DNA of 64,000 nt from Catajapyx aquilonaris (Eukaryota). Below are positions 63,818 to 64,000 of the stretch, piece after piece. Made by a program: the position numbers and the translations under genes. The notes beneath the pieces were generated by a model that had not been told where the DNA came from, searched no databases, and saw only the letters and a list, made by a program, of their open reading frames with translations. How positions within the stretch are numbered: the first letter of the stretch is position 1; each line of letters begins with the position of its first letter. The stretch covers positions 1 to 64,000 of the forward strand of contig JYFJ02000732.1 of NCBI GenBank assembly GCA_000934665.2. The letters run 5' to 3'.

Positions 63818-64000
63818 CAGTGTTAGCGGCATCATTCTGCTGGGTTGCCCTGCTTGAACTGCTTGATGTAGGGACACTATCTGCATTGACGTCATGGTCT
63901 TGCTGACTCCTTGCTTCCAAAACCGATTTCACCAGAGAGGCGTGCTTCGATTCCAAGTGACTCCTGAGGTTCGCGACAGAAGAATCGAAGGACACGTCTT
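63818..64000 (-). CDS. Partial BED-finger exon (gene starts outside the window)
   Basis: SSVANLRSHLESKH; phase-1 donor ACTG|GTAGG. Confidence 0.7.

Overview
Eukaryotic (arthropod, probably insect) DNA holding a dense head-to-tail gene cluster, all on the minus strand. One cassette recurs 22 times in about 58 kb. It has a stereotyped promoter (transcribed-strand order TAGCGG repeats, GACAAGGGAACGG, GGAACGCACCC, YY1-like CAAGATGGCGGC), usually a short leader exon, and in 21 of the 22 copies an acidic coding exon rich in (V/I/L)KxE motifs that typically ends near DPLA with a phase-0 splice donor. Fifteen cassettes splice to C2H2 zinc-finger arrays of 4-11 fingers. Five splice in frame to transposon-type domains: Harbinger nuclease, BED-hAT transposase, THAP, Myb/SANT and trihelix. 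One drives the housekeeping gene NAA20 (no acidic exon), and one runs off the left edge. At the right edge a BED-finger exon can join either a KRBA2/SCAND3-like integrase or a second hAT body. All four transposase/integrase ORFs are open but have substituted DDE catalytic residues. Introns and spacers contain SINEs, MITEs and Helitron-like ends. Exon structures are inferred by hand from GT-AG signals and frame continuity; family assignments come from recalled motifs, not from searches.
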